The notes under the pieces are model-generated. The model was not told the DNA's origin. It did not search any database and worked only from the letters and a program-made list of their open reading frames with translations. 64,000 nucleotides of DNA from Escherichia phage JLBYU31, in the sequence record OK272473.1; one strand, given 5' to 3'. Positions 62,476 through 64,000 of this stretch are shown here, piece by piece (within the stretch, counting starts at the first letter, position 1; each line of letters starts with the position of its first letter). The position numbers and the translations under genes were made by a program.

Positions 62476-62519
62476 GTGAAAAAATTTTAAAATAAAAAAG
62501 GGAGAGCCTCGGCTCTCCC
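62476..62519 (-). terminator. hairpin GGGAGAG-CCUCGG-CUCUCCC + U-run (minus strand)
   Basis: GC-rich palindrome 6 nt after the stop of the 49-aa ORF, followed by UUUUUUAUUUU. Confidence 0.75.
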
Positions 62520-62524
62520 TAAAA

Positions 62525-62674
62525 TTACTGCATGACAGTTATCACAGTCATGATAACACGTTGAATTCCGAACGCAAGAAGACCTCCTGCTATGGCTGGA
62601 ACAACGCCTAAACCCGCCAGTAAAATGCTACCAGATACTAATGCAGCGCTTGTAATACCAATGAATGGACTCAT
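62525..62674 (-). CDS. small hydrophobic membrane peptide (49 aa)
   Basis: ATG with SD GAGGAAAT overlapping the gene 52 stop; MSPFIGITSAALVSGSILLAGLGVVPAIAGGLLAFGIQRVIMTVITVMQ; below track cutoff. Confidence 0.55.
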   Translation of the reverse strand: MSPFIGITSAALVSGSILLAGLGVVPAIAGGLLAFGIQRVIMTVITVMQ

Positions 62675-63999
62675 TTGATTTCCTCTAAATCTTTGGTGTA
62701 TTCGGTAACTACATCAGTAGTTTTCCAATATTCGTTTTCTTCTTTTTTAGCTTTAGCTTCTTCAGCAAGTTTCTTTGCTTCATCGGAAGTCATATGAAAA
62801 ATATTCATTCCAACTAGTTTATCAACATAAGAAGAATACATATCGATTTTCGAAAGTTCTTCGGTCAGTTCTTTACGAGTTTTACCCTGTACAACAATTT
62901 CACCTGAAATTACTTTCTTAATGAAATGTGCCTTGGCAAAGGCTAAACGAAAAGCTGACTCAGTTTCTTTGATTTTGTTATCAATTCGTTTTTGGACATA
63001 AGTTTTACGAACTTCAACAAAGTCTTTAATTAAATCGACTACGTTATCGTAAACTTGTAGTTTTCCTTTCTCATTAATAACCGTAATATTCTGAGAACGA
63101 CGCTCAATCAACCCAAAGTCTTTCATAATTTTTGCATGGCGTTCTTCTTCATTATCGCTCAAAGAATATTCTTTACGGAATTTAACTTTAAAGCCAAAAC
63201 CATGCTCACCACAAGCATCATCCCATGTAATGAAGCCTTTATCTTCAAGTGGGTCTAAGATTTTACTCACATAAGTTTCACGATCATACTTATACGGAAT
63301 CTCAGTGATATGCATTTGAGTTCGTGAAGTAAACTTATATGTTCCACGAATTTCATATTGCCCATCAATTTCAACGACTTCACCACGAAATTCTGGGAAT
63401 TCTACCTTCGGTTTAGTTACTTTCTTTCCTTGAAGAGCTTGCAATACAGCTTTCTTGACAGAAGAAACACTATGAGGAAGAATGTAAGTTGCATAACCAG
63501 TTGCAATACCGGAAACACCATTAAGAAGAACAGTAGGAATAATAGGCAAATAGAAAGCAGGCGGAATGTGTTCTTTATCTTGATGTACCGGAGCATATTC
63601 AGTATCTTTATATACACTATAGAAATTTTTACTTACACGAGCAAAAATATAACGACTTGCTGCTGCTTTTTGAACAGTACGAGAACCAAAGTTTCCTTGA
63701 CCATCTAACAAAGGAAAGTTATTATTCCAAGTGTTAGCCATCAAAGCCCCCGCATCTTGCGCAGAGTTTTCACCATGATGATATCCAAGGTCCGCTACAC
63801 CACCTGCAATAGAAGCGAGTTTGTGAAACTTATCTTTATTTCCTCGTGCCAAATCAAGAGCTCGAGCGATAACAAATCGTTGAACTGGCTTAAATCCATC
63901 AATCATATTTGGGATAGCACGATTTTCAACCGTGTACATAGCATAAGCCAATGCTTCATTATCAATGATACTTTTTAAATCGCGATTATTCAGTTGCAT
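62671..63999 (-). CDS. 52: DNA topoisomerase II medium subunit gp52
   Basis: 442-aa ORF, N-terminus MQLNNRDLKSIIDNEALAYAMYTVENRAIPNMIDGFKPVQRFV (GyrA-like). Confidence 0.95.
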   Translation of the reverse strand: MQLNNRDLKSIIDNEALAYAMYTVENRAIPNMIDGFKPVQRFVIARALDLARGNKDKFHKLASIAGGVADLGYHHGENSAQDAGALMANTWNNNFPLLDGQGNFGSRTVQKAAASRYIFARVSKNFYSVYKDTEYAPVHQDKEHIPPAFYLPIIPTVLLNGVSGIATGYATYILPHSVSSVKKAVLQALQGKKVTKPKVEFPEFRGEVVEIDGQYEIRGTYKFTSRTQMHITEIPYKYDRETYVSKILDPLEDKGFITWDDACGEHGFGFKVKFRKEYSLSDNEEERHAKIMKDFGLIERRSQNITVINEKGKLQVYDNVVDLIKDFVEVRKTYVQKRIDNKIKETESAFRLAFAKAHFIKKVISGEIVVQGKTRKELTEELSKIDMYSSYVDKLVGMNIFHMTSDEAKKLAEEAKAKKEENEYWKTTDVVTEYTKDLEEIK

Positions 64000-64000
64000 A

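Overview
This window is a contiguous ~64 kb segment of a T4-like (T-even) myophage genome, collinear with the phage T4 map from the portal gene 20 to topoisomerase gene 52. Calls rest on reading the translated ORFs and the DNA directly (near-identical N-termini, catalytic motifs, gene order); no database search was run. Left to right: head genes (20 C-terminal part, 67, 68, 21, 22, 23, 24); rnlB, hoc, inh, uvsW, uvsY; baseplate genes (25, 26, 51, 27, 28, 29, 48, 54); two tandem Alt-family ADP-ribosyltransferase genes; DNA ligase 30 followed by an island of small ORFs; rIII, 31, cd, pseT, a spanin pair, alc, rnlA, denA; nrdB, a free-standing HNH endonuclease (mobE-like), nrdA, intron-less td, frd; 32, 59, 33, dsbA, rnh; long-tail-fibre genes 34-38; holin t, asiA, arn, motA and 52. 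Start codons were checked on the DNA; several track ORFs begin at TTG/GTG and were trimmed to the first ATG with a Shine-Dalgarno. Regulatory signals are dense: TATAAATA late promoters, nine GTTTAC-N17/18-(TGn)-10 early promoters, MotA-box middle promoters, UUCG/GNRA hairpin terminators, the gene 32 leader pseudoknot and split-RBS hairpins at genes 25 and 38. No tRNA, rRNA, CRISPR array or transposon was found. The items I would look at first are the tandem Alt paralogs, a 54-bp perfect promoter-leader duplication 15.8 kb apart, the ligase-rIII island with a NADAR/YbiA-like and a HAD-like ORF, an extra ORF between frd and td, the homing-endonuclease pattern (mobE-like gene present, td and nrdB uninterrupted) and a 245-bp gap with no assigned gene upstream of rIII. 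I cannot show from sequence alone that any of these is undescribed.
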